A model generated the notes under the pieces. That model saw nothing but the letters and a program-made list of their open reading frames with translations. It did no database searches and was not told the origin of the DNA. DNA of 64,000 bases from Felis catus. Lineage: Eukaryota. The stretch's first letter is position 1. Each line of letters starts with the position of its first letter. The DNA lies in assembly GCF_018350175.1 (NCBI RefSeq), contig NC_058368.1, forward strand, positions 95,358,001 through 95,422,000. Direction: 5' to 3'. Below, one piece after another: positions 36,561 to 48,857 of this stretch. Position numbers and translations under genes: made by a program.

Positions 36561-37250
36561 TTCAAATTTTTAATCAATTACTGTTTAATATCTTAAGATC
36601 TTGGATTTTCTATGCAGTCATTTGGTGGATTAACCAAAGATCTTAAAATGTCTTTTAAATTTTTTCCTATTGAAATTTTTAATAAAATTTCCAATAAAAT
36701 ATCAATAATGATGATAATGACTTATGTTACCATGTCTGCATTAAAAATGGCATTCTGAAAACATAAATAAACATGGGGTTCTATTTTGTGTAAGGATCCA
36801 AAGCAATAGACAGTTGCCCAGAGTTACAAAGTCAGACCCCACTGAAAAATTATTTAAAGTTTTATTGGATGTAAAATCTGATTTCAGTAAACTAATTCCA
36901 CTGATTGCTTTTGACTGTTTAAGCTTGTTATCACATTCATAATATATTTGCTGAAAATGTCTCGGCTTTGCTTAATTTTGTATGATTTTTTTTTTTTTCA
37001 CACAAAGAAACAGCTTTTGTCTTCTGCGCTGGCCCAGCAAATTGCACCTGTCATTCTTTGTGAAAACTCTGATATTTTCTCTCAGTCTCCTTCTTTTCTT
37101 CATTACTGTTATGGTTATAACACTGGCTTCTGATTTCCATTTGATTCTGCCTAAGTAGCGTGTCTTTGTTTCAAATTTAAAAAATTGTCCGTATTTACTT
37201 TTTGTAGTAGAAATAGAATTTAAATCTATTAGATTAAAATAAGTATTTCA

Positions 37251-37437
37251 GGGCGTCTGGGTGGCTCAGTCAGTGAAGTGTCCGACTTTGGCTCAGGTCA
37301 TGATCTCACGGTTCATGGGTTTGAGCCCCGCATCAGGTTGTCTGCTGTCAATGTGGAGCCCGCTTTGGATTCTGTGTCTCTCCCCTCACCCCCTCTCCTG
37401 TGTGTGTGTGTGTGTATAAACATTGCAAAACTATAGA
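37251..37437 (+). mobile_element. CAN-SINE with internal (TG)n
   Basis: TSD aataagtatttca. Confidence 0.92.
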
Positions 37438-37835
37438 ATAAGTATTTCAACTTAGTTTTCGAGTATGGCTTCTATAAGTATCACTGTAACTTCTGTGTAT
37501 ATAAAATATGCAAATAAACATATTGTGATATTACCTCCGCGCACAGAAAAAAAAATCATTCAAGCTGAATCGAGCATTGGCAATAGTAGATTGGTCGTGC
37601 ATGTATGTGTGCTCTGGAAATGATGTGAGGACCAGAACCACACTATAACACAATAATTATATCTTACACAATGCCCTGGTACAAGGAAAATATAATCTGC
37701 TAGGGCAATAAAGTAATATTTAATGGAAACATAGTTTACACTGCTTTAATTTGAAAATTTTAACGAATTAAACCTTTAATGAAACATTCTGTTCTTCAAT
37801 CACAGTGACCATATTGTTTTGTTGTTGTAAAAAAA

Positions 37836-38048
37836 TTTTTTTCTTAACGTTTATTTATTTTTGAGACAGAGAGAGACAGAGCATGAACAGGGGAGGAGCA
37901 GAGAGAGAGGAAGACACAGAATCTGAAATGGGCTCCAGGTTCTGAGCTGTCAGCACAGAGCCCAACGCAGGGCTCGAACTCACGGACCGCGAGATCATGA
38001 CCTGAGCCGAAGTCGGCCGCTTAACCGACTGAGCCACCCAGGTGCCCC
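37836..38048 (-). mobile_element. SINEC_Fc
   Basis: TSD tgttgttgt. Confidence 0.95.
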
Positions 38049-38056
38049 TGTTGTTG

Positions 38057-38059
38057 TTT

Positions 38060-38102
<43 letters not shown>

Positions 38103-38240
38103 CAGAGTGTGAGTTGGGGAGGGGCAGAGAGAGAGAGAGAGAGAGAAAGAGACAGAATTCGAAGCAGGAACTCATGAACTGTGAGATCATGACCTGAGCC
38201 GAAGTCGGAGGCTCGACCGACTGAGCCACCCAGGTGCCCC
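38057..38240 (-). mobile_element. CAN-SINE with internal deletion
   Basis: gaagcagg joined directly to aactcatgaac. Confidence 0.9.
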
Positions 38241-39811
38241 CACGCTGACCGTATTGTAAGTGTTCAGTAGCCACGTGTGGCTAGCAACTACTATGTTAAC
38301 AGAGCAGCTCTAAAGGCTTCAGTTGAAATGGTCTGACTTTTATTCCAAGGTCGAGGTCTGAAGAGAAGAAAGCCTTTAATCCTGTAACTAGGGGCTGAGA
38401 AAATGACTACAGATAATTTATAGGAGCTTTCTGTCTCGGTATGCTTTGTGTAGTTTTGTTACAAGAGAAAAGTAAGAGAAAAACAGAAGAACAAAAAAGG
38501 CTGAGATGCCTGAATCGTTAAAGTAAGGCTAGTTAATAGCTTATTAACTATTGGAAGTAGATTCCTTTTATGCCAGAACTCGTCTTAAGGCAGGAAGTGT
38601 CTGAGAGCCGACATGCATCATTGGGTTTTAGTTTGTAACAGAAAATGTGACTTGCCCGACCAATGGATGACAAAGGAGGGGAGCGATATTTTGACCCCTT
38701 ATTCCGAAAAGTCTTGGGAAGATCTGAGCCAGAGAGTGATAGGATACCCTGTCATGAGCAGGATTCAGGGTCTCTGTCCTTGAACCTGCTCACCTAGAGA
38801 TTGAGCACAGAATCTAGGGCATTCCAGCATCAGAGGGAAGAGTAGATCTGGATGACCCAGAAAGCCCACTCTGGTCTTTGGGTTTTGTGAGTCAAAATGG
38901 GAAAGGCATGACTGGCTTGCTTCTCTTTTAGATTGGGTGGCTACCAGGTGTTATAACTTCTCCATATCCTCACCCACTATGAAGTGGGTGGTGGTATTGT
39001 ATTTCATGCCAGAGCCTAACCAGAAGGACTGTTCTGGCCATATAGATAAGCACAGCCCTTTGACCATTTCCCTATTGACTAATCCATGACTCACTTCGAC
39101 TCTATTTATGGATTTATACCCTTCTCACTCCCAGAGAAGATTTGCAGCAGCTCACAGTAAAAACAATATGCTTACGCACTTCAGAACGCGGGGCGAAACA
39201 GAGGATTGTGCTGGGGTAGAATGGTTGTTACTTCCAAAGAGAAAATAGTCTGACTCCCCTGCGTCATTTTCATGAGACTGATCGGCGACTTATCCCAAGG
39301 TGTTTACGTTCAAATCAGCAGTCTGTTAATCACATGGATGAAGATTATCTTACTTTTAAAACAGAGTTGTTGCAGATTAAATGATCTGAACACTGGAAGA
39401 ACTCACCCATCCTTGACGCGCTATTTCTAAATGTAAATGAGTAGCCAAAGTCAAAACAGAGGAAAGCGACATGACAAATTTCAAATTAATTTTTCCCGAA
39501 TGCACAGTGTTTTCACATATTTAATGGATTTAATGCACAGCCGCTCTAAGCAAGAATCTGCTTTAAGAAAACCACATCAGATCTGACCTAATATAATTAA
39601 AATTGTTTGCTGCTACCATGTGAAGAATGTAAAGATGTATTTCCTTCATTGCTTTACTTCAGGGGTCTCAAGCTCTTCCTTGAAAAATAACATTTCAAAG
39701 TGGTGTTTTACATTTAGCATTCCCTCCCCTTTTATCCTTCCATATCAATAAAATGAAGATGTCTGGCTAGATACCCTCAAATGCAGTGCTCAAATTAATG
39801 TGTGATTTCCA

Positions 39812-40020
39812 GGGGCACCTGGGTGGCTCAGTTGGTTGGGCTTCTGACTTTGGCTCAGGTCATGTTCTCGCACCGTGTGAGTTTGAGTCCCGCTTTGGGC
39901 TCTGTGCTGACAGCTCGGAGCCTGGAACCTGACTCGAATTCTTTGTCCCCCTTTCTCTCTGCCCCTCCCCTGCTCATGCTCTCTCTTTCTCTCTCTCTCA
40001 AAAATAAACATTAAAAACAA
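39812..40020 (+). mobile_element. CAN-SINE
   Basis: TSD aat.tgt.atttcca. Confidence 0.94.
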
Positions 40021-41038
40021 TAATTTGTCATTTCCAGTATTTCTTCCAACCTTGCCTCCTTCCCCAGCATATCTACCTTGTTTTCTATCCTGGAGAAGGC
40101 CTGTGGTGGTTCTCCATCCCAGGATCGGGCAGATCAGTGAGGGCCTGCCACCCTCCCGTCCTCACCTCTAATCCAGGAGGTTGGTCCTGCTGACCATCCT
40201 TCGCAGCGACCTACATATGTAGTTCACCCAGACACCTGTGTCCCTACAGAATGAGATAGCGAGAATCTGTAGACACAGAAAAGACAAGGCATAGCCAGGG
40301 AGTAGTTGAGTCCCCAAAGGAGGATGAACAACAGAATCTACGTATTAAAGGTGACAAAATAATAGAAGCCTCGATTCTTGTCCTCCTTTTCTTCCCATTG
40401 TTCCTGTGTGTAATCGCCACAGAGATCGTTCAGATTCTGCCCACGAATTCTCTCCCATGGAGCACTTGGGCCCCTCGTGATTCTTCCCAACGTTGCTCTT
40501 CACCTAATTCTGCAAGCCAGCCTCCTTTCTATTCAAGAATGCCTACTTTAGCTCTATTTTTTCTAACCACCTTCCATGTCCTTTCCTGTCCTAATGTCTG
40601 GTTGCCTTTTATTCTTAAACCAAAGAGGCAGGTGGACTCCTTATCTCACTCCATTTCTCACTTTCCCTTTCTTTTTATTTGTTTCCATGGCACACGGTTC
40701 TTTGCAAGTTGCAACTCCATAGTGGTTTCTACTTTGGATTCCCATGTATCGCTTTTATAGGCCATCTTGACGGTTGATTCGATTGAGGGCCGGTTGCAAG
40801 CATTCAGGGAAATACATTTCCTTGACGTAAACTGAGAGGTAGAAACAGCATCAGCTCAGAATAAGTGAATTGGACAGAGAAAGCAATGTGCAGGTTCAAA
40901 GTGGGATATTGTCAGTAAAGAAAAGGAATCTTCAATTAGGTTGGAATATACTAGACTAAGTGGGTAGGGCAGTATTTATATATCTGTGGGGTGTTAGGGA
41001 ATGGTTCGAAGCAGAAAAGAAGAGAATTAGGTTTACTC

Positions 41039-41095
41039 CTTTTTTTTTTTTTTAATTTGTATTTTTGAGTGAGAGAGTGCATGAGCAGGGAAGGG

Positions 41096-41150
<55 letters not shown>

Positions 41151-41275
41151 CCCAAGCAGGCTCCATAGTGTCAGTGCAGAGCCTGGTGTGGGGCTTGAAC
41201 TCACAAATCGTGAGATCATGACCTGAGCCGAAACCAAGAGTCAGACTCTTAACTGACTCAGCCACCCAGGTGCCG
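41039..41275 (-). mobile_element. CAN-SINE
   Basis: Full body with long (GA)n. Confidence 0.93.
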
Positions 41276-41309
41276 GCAAGTGCACTCTTTAAGAACCCAC
41301 TCATTTTGT

Positions 41310-41470
41310 TTTTATTCAACCAATATTCACTGAATTTTCACCTGTGTCGCTAACTCACTGAATTACTGTGTCAGGACTGTACTGGACAAAACCATAGGAC
41401 ATGTGACAGACACAGCCCTGCCCTCTGGAGCTTACCTTTTGGTAGGGAAGACAGAGATTATATAAAGTAT
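41310..41470 (-). mobile_element. L2 3' fragment
   Basis: attcaaccaatattcactga...gacacagccctgccctctggagcttac. Confidence 0.6.
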
Positions 41471-41615
41471 GTGATTATAGAATTGTTCACTCTGCACATT
41501 AAGAGTGAATCAGAGCCCTTGGAAGACAATATACATCTCAAAGAACTTTACTTCTCTCTGAAAGACATGAAAAGGTTTCTGTTGCTTTTTATATTAACAC
41601 TAAAATGCCATATTA

Positions 41616-41819
41616 GGGGTGTCTGGGTGGGTCAGTTGGTTAAGCATCCAAGTTCGGCTCAGGTCATGATCTCACGGTTTGTGGGTTTGAGCCCCGCATT
41701 GGGCTCTGTGCTGACAGCTCGGGGCCTGGAGCCTGCTTCAGATTCTGTGTCTCCCTCTCTCTCTGCTCCTCCCCCACTCATGCTCTGTCTCTCTCTCAAA
41801 AATGAATAAACATTAAAAA
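41616..41819 (+). mobile_element. CAN-SINE
   Basis: Outer TSD aaatgccatatta (41603-41615 and 42060-42072). Confidence 0.95.
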
Positions 41820-41832
41820 TTTTTTTTTTAAA

Positions 41833-42043
41833 TTTTTTTTCAACGTTTATTTATTTTTGGGACAGAGAGAGACAGAGCATGAACGGGGGAAGGGCAGAGA
41901 GAGAGGGAGACACAGAATCGGAAACAGGCTCCAGGCTCTGAGCCATCAGCCCAGAGCCCGACGCGGGGCTCGAACTCACGGACCGCGAGATCGTGACCTG
42001 GCTGAAGTCGGACGCTTAACCAGCTGCGCCACCCAGGCGCCCC
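41833..42043 (-). mobile_element. Young SINEC_Fc inserted in the tail of the preceding SINE
   Basis: Near-consensus, CpG intact. Confidence 0.96.
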
Positions 42044-42122
42044 TAAAAAAATTTTTTTTAAATGCCATATTATTCAGTAGAGTACTTCTGTTTCTCAACC
42101 CTACTTTATATATTTAAAAACA

Positions 42123-42177
42123 TTTTTTAAGTTTATGTTGAGAGAGACAGAGACAGCACGAGTGGGGGAGGAGCAGA

Positions 42178-42225
<48 letters not shown>

Positions 42226-42350
42226 ATCCCAAACAGGCTCCATGCTGCCAGCACAGAGCCCCACGTGGGGCTCAATCTCACAACCTGCAAGATTATGACC
42301 TAAGCCTAAACCGGGAGTTGTACGCTCAATTGACTGAGCCACGCAGACAC
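42123..42350 (-). mobile_element. CAN-SINE
   Basis: Full body; TSD-like ttatatattt. Confidence 0.9.
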
Positions 42351-42429
42351 TGTTATATATTTTAATATATATTAGAAATTTAAATTATTTCGTTAGTGAT
42401 TTCATTCCTTGGAAGATACTTGGGGTAAA

Positions 42430-42610
42430 ATTTGGGATCAGATTCTCCTGGCATGAATCCTTACCACCTAGCCGTGTTGCCTTGAGTATATTATTTAACG
42501 TTTCTGAATCCATTTGCTAATTCACACTAACTACCTTGCAGTGTTGTTCTAAATACTCAATGAAATCATTTAGGAAGAGTGCCCAGTAGAAACACGGCAT
42601 ATAATCTAAT
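42430..42610 (+). mobile_element. MIR fragment
   Basis: ccttgagtatattatttaacgtttctgaatcc...gttgttctaaatactcaatga. Confidence 0.5.
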
Positions 42611-42884
42611 AAGTAAATCTTTGATGAAGCAGCCACGGTGCTTAGATGTGTAATCAAATTTTCATTTAGCAGAAAAATTTAAAAGTATCTCTTTCTACAG
42701 TTTGTGCCCTGAAGTGAATTTGTAGGGAAGAGAAAGATGTCAAACTGTGAGTCTTTGTTCAAGAAAATAGTTGTACTGATGCTTTCACCCCAAAGAATTT
42801 TTAGTAAAGTCAGGTCGACAGAATTCTGAGTGGTTACTGTTGATGTGTTGAAGAGGAATAACATAATTTTATGGACCTAAGAAG

Positions 42885-43263
42885 GTTTTTTTCTTATTGT
42901 TTTATTTTTTATTTTTTAAATTTTACATCCAAATTAGTATATAGTGCAACAATGATTTCAGGAGTAGATTTCTTAGTGCCCCTTACTCATTTAGCCCATC
43001 CCCCCTCCCAAAACCCCTCCCATAACCTTCAGTTCTCTGTATTTATGAGTCTCTTCTGTTTTGTCCCCCTCCCTGTTTTTATATTATTTTTGTTTCCCTT
43101 CCCTTACGTTCATCTGTTCTGTGTCTTAAAGTCCTCATATGAGTGCAGTCATATGATTTTTGTCTTTCTCTGACTAATTTCACTTAGCATACTACCCTCT
43201 AGTTCCATCCACGTAGTTGCAAATGGCAAGATTTCATTCTTTTTGATTGAGGAGGAATACTCC

Positions 43264-43311
<48 letters not shown>

Positions 43312-43548
43312 ACATCTTCTTTATCCATTCATCTATCAATGGACATTTGGGCTCTTTCCATACTTTGGCTATTGTTGATAGTGCTGCTATAAACATGGGG
43401 GTGCATGTGTCCCTTCGAAACAGCACACCTGTATCATTTGGATAAATGCCTAGCAGTGCAGTTGCTGGGTCGTAGGGTAGTTCTATTTTTTGTTTTTTGA
43501 GGAACCTCCATCCTGTTTTCCAGAGTGGCTGCACCACCTTACATTCCC
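42885..43548 (-). mobile_element. 5'-truncated carnivore/felid L1 (ORF2 C-terminus and 3'UTR)
   Basis: VQPLWKTGWRFLKKQKIELPYDPA...CTPMFIAALSTIAKVWKEPKCP; TSD atggacct(a/g)agaag (42871-42884 and 43549-43562). Confidence 0.95.
43266..43309. repeat. (TA)n microsatellite in L1
   Basis: Pure TA run. Confidence 0.95.
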
Positions 43549-43702
43549 ATGGACCTGAGAAGTTCAAAATCGGTTGGGGGGGTGTGTGTAAGATAAATAA
43601 GGCTAAAATAATAGTTTTTGATATTTCCTTTAGGTAGCTTGCATTGTCTGTCCCTCCCACTTCCTTCCCCCAACAACCTCAGGGAGTGGGGCAGTGGCAT
43701 AG

Positions 43703-44225
43703 TGTATCAGTTACCTATTGCTGCCTGACAATCCCAAAACTCGGTGACAGAGCAATTATTTCTTCCTCCTCATGTGTCTGCTGTCCAACCAGGGGGTCTG
43801 TTGATGTGGGTTGAGCCCAGCTAGGCAGCTGTGCTCCACGATGAGGGTCCAGCTGAACTTGACCTTTTGATATGGCTTGTGCTCAGTTTTGTGGCACGTG
43901 TGTTTCATTTTGGGCACCGGGTAGAAGGGTATCAGCTACATAGTGAGAGATGCTTTTCATGACCATTGTAGAGGCATGAGAGTGTCATCAGGCAGGTAGA
44001 GATACATGATGCTCTAGAAGCCTAGGCTAGCCCTGGCATGCTATCACTTCTGCCCACAGGCCAATGGCTAAAACAAATCACATAACCAGACCCAAAGTCA
44101 AGAGGCAAAGAAGTACACTCTGCTTCTAGAGAGCAAGGGATTGCATTCTCATCCAGCGAAGAGGAGGGATTCTCTCCTAAAGCAGGATGGGCATTACATG
44201 CAACACAAATACATGTACCATCTAA
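43703..44225. mobile_element. MLT1-type MaLR LTR
   Basis: tgtatcagttacctattgctgc...cccaaaact; tcacttctgcccaca..ccaatggctaaaacaaatcacata. Confidence 0.7.
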
Positions 44226-45177
44226 GTTTTAAGAATTCTCCTATAGGTCAATTGAAAAAAAGAAGATGTAAAAAAGTATTATTGAATCGTGACTTTGTCC
44301 ACGAGACATCTACTCTAATCTCCCTTTCGGAATTATGGAAGCTTCCCTTGCTCACTTGTTGAGCGCCACTGGATAGTATTTTGAACATTCGAAAATAAAC
44401 TGTTTCAGTGGAGCGGAAATGTACTAATTTTGAATACTTAGCCATCTGGAGCATTAGATGTTTAATTACAGCTGAAAGCTCATGAATGAACGGTGGGAGG
44501 CAGCTTTCTCTTCCAGAGGATCTCGATTGTCTTTGCCTTTATTCTCAGGAGAGGGGGAAAAAAAAAAAAAGGAATATGCCAGTGGTCATATTGTACTATT
44601 TCTTGGGCTTTGTTCTTTTCTCTTCTTTTTATGTAAGCTCATCCTGAAAACGTGGTCAAACCATGCCAAGATCCCTGTCTCTTTTCAGAAAGCATCAACG
44701 ATAAATGCAAGGCTATCTGTTACATAAAATAACAATAGTCACAGAAAAGTACTCTATTTTATTCTGTCAACTGCATTTAAGATCAGTTTCCTCCAAGCTT
44801 ACAAGTTTTCTATTTCTTTTGGAGTCCGTTCTTGCTGGTTCGATCTACATAATACTCTTAGTAGCTAACCCCAATCAGAAAAGTAAAAGAAACGATGGTT
44901 CTAAACTCAGTATGAGGAGAAAATTCGTCTATACTAACAGAGGTTAAAAAAAAATGAAGAGATTTTGAAGAAAATCCATCAGATATGATATCTGATTTAA
45001 AAATTGTAGCTTTCACAAAATTACAGCTGTTAGGAATCCCATTTTTCCCATTCTCTCCTGAACACACCCCAGGTCAGTAAGAGCCAACGAGGTAAACCCT
45101 ATTTAACCTAAGATATTTGTGCACCTGGCCAGGTGGGGTGTAGAGCTTATATATGTCATTTAAGATCCTTTGTTGCT

Positions 45178-45390
45178 GGGGCGTCTGGGTGGCTCGGTCT
45201 GTTAAGCGTCCTACTCTGGCTTTCGGCTCAAGTTGTGATCTCACAGTTTAGGAAATTGAGCCCAGCGTTGCACTCTGTGCTGACAGCACAGAGCCTGCTG
45301 GGGATTCTCTCTTTCCCTCTTTCTCTGCCCCTCTCCTGCTTGTGCTCCCTCTCCCTCAAAATAAACACATAAACCTAAGGGAAAAAAAAA
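45178..45390 (+). mobile_element. CAN-SINE
   Basis: Full body. Confidence 0.92.
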
Positions 45391-45559
45391 GATCTCATGA
45401 TGCCATCGAAAAGCTTGCAGTCTGCCGGAGAAGCAGAGAGACTGGTAGGTAACAGCCAACTACAAATCTAGCCTTATATTATATGCCTCATTTCTCACTA
45501 TGAAAGGTTATTTACCTCCCTCCACCCTACTTTAATTAGGTCTAACCTCACTGTCTGTC

Positions 45560-45785
45560 ATTATCTTTCACCATATCCTTCAGAGCATCCATCACAGCTT
45601 GTGATTCTATATTTGTACACTTGTTTATTACCTTCTCTGCCCATTAGGTCGTAAGCTCTAGTGGCAGGTGCCTTGAGCCGATTTACCCGCTGATACATAC
45701 CCAGCACATAGCACAGAGGTCAGCCTCTATACATACTGTTGAATGGTTAGCTAAAGGAATGAGTAAAAGAAAGAAGGAATAAATA
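45560..45785 (+). mobile_element. L2 3' fragment
   Basis: gtaagctctagtggcagg...cccagcacatagcacagag...tgttgaatg. Confidence 0.6.
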
Positions 45786-46177
45786 AACATCACAGCAGGA
45801 GTAAAAGTACAGAATTTTAGCCTGATTGGGTGTGTTAGAAGGAAAGCATTTGATGTAGGGTTGTTTTTTTTTTTTTAATTGTTATTTGGGAGGTGGTAGA
45901 TTAGATGGAAGGAAAGAGAGCCATCAGGGAAGTTGATGGTAAAGGAATGTGTGTGACCACCCTTGTTCTCAGCTAGCCCGTGTGTCTGGGTGCTGAGTCA
46001 TCTCTAAGGTACAAGTCCAACTTTGAGGAGCAGAGAGCGAGACTACGTGACCTGGTCTCAGGCTTCTGGTTTTCAACGGTAGCTCTTGGGGGGTCAAGTG
46101 TGTAAGATATCTACTGTCCACAGAGCACTTTCTGCATATTCTTTCCACTCAAGGGTACTTTGTTTGTTTGATCGATT

Positions 46178-46280
46178 ATTTTTTTAAGTTCAACACAGGG
46201 CTTGAACTCAAGACCCTGAGATCCCGACCCGAGCTGAGATCGAGAGTCGGACGCTTCACCCACGGAGCTACCCAGGCCCC
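46178..46280 (-). mobile_element. Short old CAN-SINE
   Basis: gggcttgaactcaagaccctgagatc...gagctgagatcgagagtcggacgc. Confidence 0.75.
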
Positions 46281-46309
46281 CACCACAGAGCAGTTTCAAT
46301 GTGCCACCT

Positions 46310-46500
46310 GCTGTGGTTAAGTGCTTGTGCGGTATAATCTCTTGATTCTGAATGACAGCCTTAAGAGGTAGATATTATTCTTGAACCCGTGGTACATGGA
46401 GGGGACTCAGGGTGATGGGAGGCTAAATGGCACTGGAGTATCCCTGGTGGGATTTGAACCCAGTTCGGTCTGTAAGAGTACACACTCTCAGCCCGTGCCT
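46310..46500 (-). mobile_element. MIR fragment
   Basis: gaggtagatattatt...ggggactcaggg...gggatttgaacccagttcggtctg. Confidence 0.55.
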
Positions 46501-46669
46501 CTGTCAAGGAAAAGAGAAAGGAAATAAAACTCAGGGCTAGTTCTTTTTCTGACCGATTTAATTTGATGATCTTTCTTGTGCACCAAAACAACTCCAGAGA
46601 AGACATTTATTCATTCACTTAATCAATCAGTAGGTATTGAACCTCTAGGCCCTTTGGAATGTCAATATT

Positions 46670-47730
46670 CACTCATTCACCTGATCCCCAAATAGTTTCT
46701 GAATACCCTTTATGTGCCAGGCACCGTGCAGGGGCTTATAATTTATCAGTAACAAAGATTCGTACTCTCACGAAGCCTTATATTTTAGATAGGGAGACAA
46801 CCCATAATCATAAGCAAGGTAACTAATAAGTAAATTATGCTGTTTTTTTTTTTAAGTTTATGCATTTATTTTGAGAGAGTGAGTGTGAGTGGGAGGAGGA
46901 ACAGAGAGAGAGAGAGAGAGAGGGAGAAAGAGAGAGTCCCAAGCCGACTCTGCACTGTCAGGGCAGAGCCTGACGTAGGGCTTGAACTCATTTACCATGA
47001 GATCATGACCTGAGCTGAAACCAAGAGTTGGATGCTCAACCAACTGAGCCACCCGGGCGCCCCAATATGTTGTGTTTTTAAAGGCGTTAATTGAAATGGG
47101 GAAACGACAGGTTGAGGGGCCTGGGCACGGGGCTCGTGGAATGGGGGAGGGTCAGTCTACACCTTCAAATAGGGAGCTCAGATGAGGCCCCAGCGAGAAG
47201 CTGACATTTGTGCCAAGATGTCAGGGAAGGACAGAGTGAGCCCCGTGCATCGATCCTGGGGAAGAATGTTCCAGGTGAGAGGAGCCGCCGGTGCAAAGCT
47301 CTTAACCAAGGTGAAGTAAAGAAGGACTCTGCTTTCCAGGAGTTCACAACTCTTGTGGTTAAAAAAAAAAAAAGCTAACCAAACAAACAAAGTAATTATA
47401 AATAATTGCAGTAGAGGGTAATGACTTTTCAGGAGGTGTGTGCCCGGTGTGATCGCACAGAAGCAAAGGAACCGAGGGCCCACAGGCATTTGGAAGTGCC
47501 TTGCTGAGGAGGTGGTGATGTTTTCACTCCTTTTTTTTAAACATAGGAGGTTTGAGTTCTCGGATTGACAGGGAGGGCGACAGAAGGCACAGGCCCAGCT
47601 CAGTGGGAGCGTTGTGTATCCAGGGGGCAACAGGTGCTTTGCCTGGTGCCTGAAGGGGACTGGGGGTTGATGGGATGGAAAGGTGGATTGGGGGTCAGAT
47701 CATAAAGAGTCTTGCTTACTGCTGGAAGAA
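46670..47730 (-). mobile_element. L2 fragments
   Basis: tatgtgccaggcaccgtgc...; ggggaagaatgttccagg...gtgcaaagctct. Confidence 0.6.
46844..47063 (-). mobile_element. CAN-SINE
   Basis: Full body. Confidence 0.93.
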
Positions 47731-47746
47731 CATTTCAGTTCTTAAA

Positions 47747-47941
47747 TTTACTTATTTATTACTTTTTTTTGAGAGAGACTGAGAAAGAGAGAGGGCAGAG
47801 AGAGAGAGAGAGAATCCCAAGCAGGCTCCGTGCAATCAGTGCAGAGCCCAACACGGGGATCGAACTCCCAAACTGTGAGATCATGACCTGAGTCCAAATC
47901 AAGAGTCAGATGCTTACCTGACTGAGCCCCCCAGGGGCCCC
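47747..47941 (-). mobile_element. CAN-SINE
   Basis: Full body. Confidence 0.92.
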
Positions 47942-48169
47942 AAATACACATGAGTTTAAAGTTGAGTCCTGCAATATTTAAACCCTCCTTACTGGTTTTC
48001 TATTTTTTTTTCCTTTTCTTTTGTGCGTATGTTCCAGGGAAATATTTATAAAAGCATCAAACTTTCCAAATATACTTTTTAAGGGTATGAGAACATGCTC
48101 GTGTTTGGCATTAGTGGGGGGGGAATCATGGACCTGAGTACCAGTATATTCTTTAGGGCAGGTAAAACG

Positions 48170-48575
48170 AGGTTAGAATAATAGGTGTTTAAAATTCAGT
48201 CCCTCCAACGACAACAAAAAAGAGTTGATCTCTTTCTCATATAAGGTTCGGGCTGAGAATTCAAGTCTAAGGAAGCCGTCCTTCATGCTGTGATTTACAA
48301 ATCAAGGCTGCTGGCTGCTTTGGCATCTTTAATGAGCGTGTCATTCTGAGTATTGCCAGCACGGCCAAGCCGAATGGGGAAAGAGCGTGGAAAAGCCCAC
48401 TTGGCTATTGTTTATCTGAATAAACACGTCTGAAAGTGGCACACATCACTTCTGCTAACATGCCCAGTGAGAGAGCTCGGTCACACGCCACGCCTAATCG
48501 CAAGGGAGGCTGGGAAATGTAGTTGTATGACCAAACCAGGAGAGAATGTATTTTGCAGGACAGCTAGGGGTCTTT
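48170..48575. mobile_element. MLT1-type MaLR LTR
   Basis: aagtggcacacatcacttctgctaacat...gcaagggaggctgggaaatgtagt. Confidence 0.6.
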
Positions 48576-48593
48576 ATCTTAGCTGGTAACACC

Positions 48594-48857
48594 TTTTTAA
48601 TTTTATTATTTATTTATTTATTTATTTATTAAAAAAAAATTTTTTTAACGTTTATTTATTTCTGAGACAGAGAGAGAGAGAGAGACAGAGCATGAGCAAG
48701 GGAGAGGCAGAGAGAGAGGGACACACAGGATCTGAAACAGGCTCCAGGCTCTGAGCTGTCTGCACAGAGCCTGACGCGGGGCTCAAACTCACGGACCGTG
48801 AGATTGTGACCTGAGCCGAAGTCGGATGCTTAACCGACTGAGCCACCCAGGTGCCCC
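48594..48857 (-). mobile_element. SINEC_Fc
   Basis: Full body. Confidence 0.95.

Larger units (their letters stand above)
35100..37120 (-). pseudogene. Decayed hAT transposase (GTF2IRD2/EPM2AIP1-like Charlie type)
   Basis: Minus-strand fragments KKRRL.., KAVSLC, RHFQQIY (BED-like), CKYFLLVLVELCD (resembles YFSLALDESCD), CTIHIDGIC..SMKNVTDRGVKII..NHPFMKLL (resembles CIIHQE..MKNVMD.VVKI..NHRQF); many stops and frameshifts. Confidence 0.7.
32863..38307 (-). mobile_element. Near full-length hAT/Charlie (Charlie5/MER33-type) DNA transposon fossil, multiply interrupted
   Basis: MER33-like left end (32.9-33.0 kb, resuming 34.74 kb), MER3/33-like right end (gtagccacgtgtggctagcaactactatgttaacagagcag), CTCTA-containing flanks at both ends, internal transposase remnants. 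Confidence 0.72.

Noticed and set aside
35100..37120. Domesticated (functional) transposase gene
   Set aside because: It has multiple stops and frameshifts, SINE insertions in the coding region and a degraded catalytic motif.
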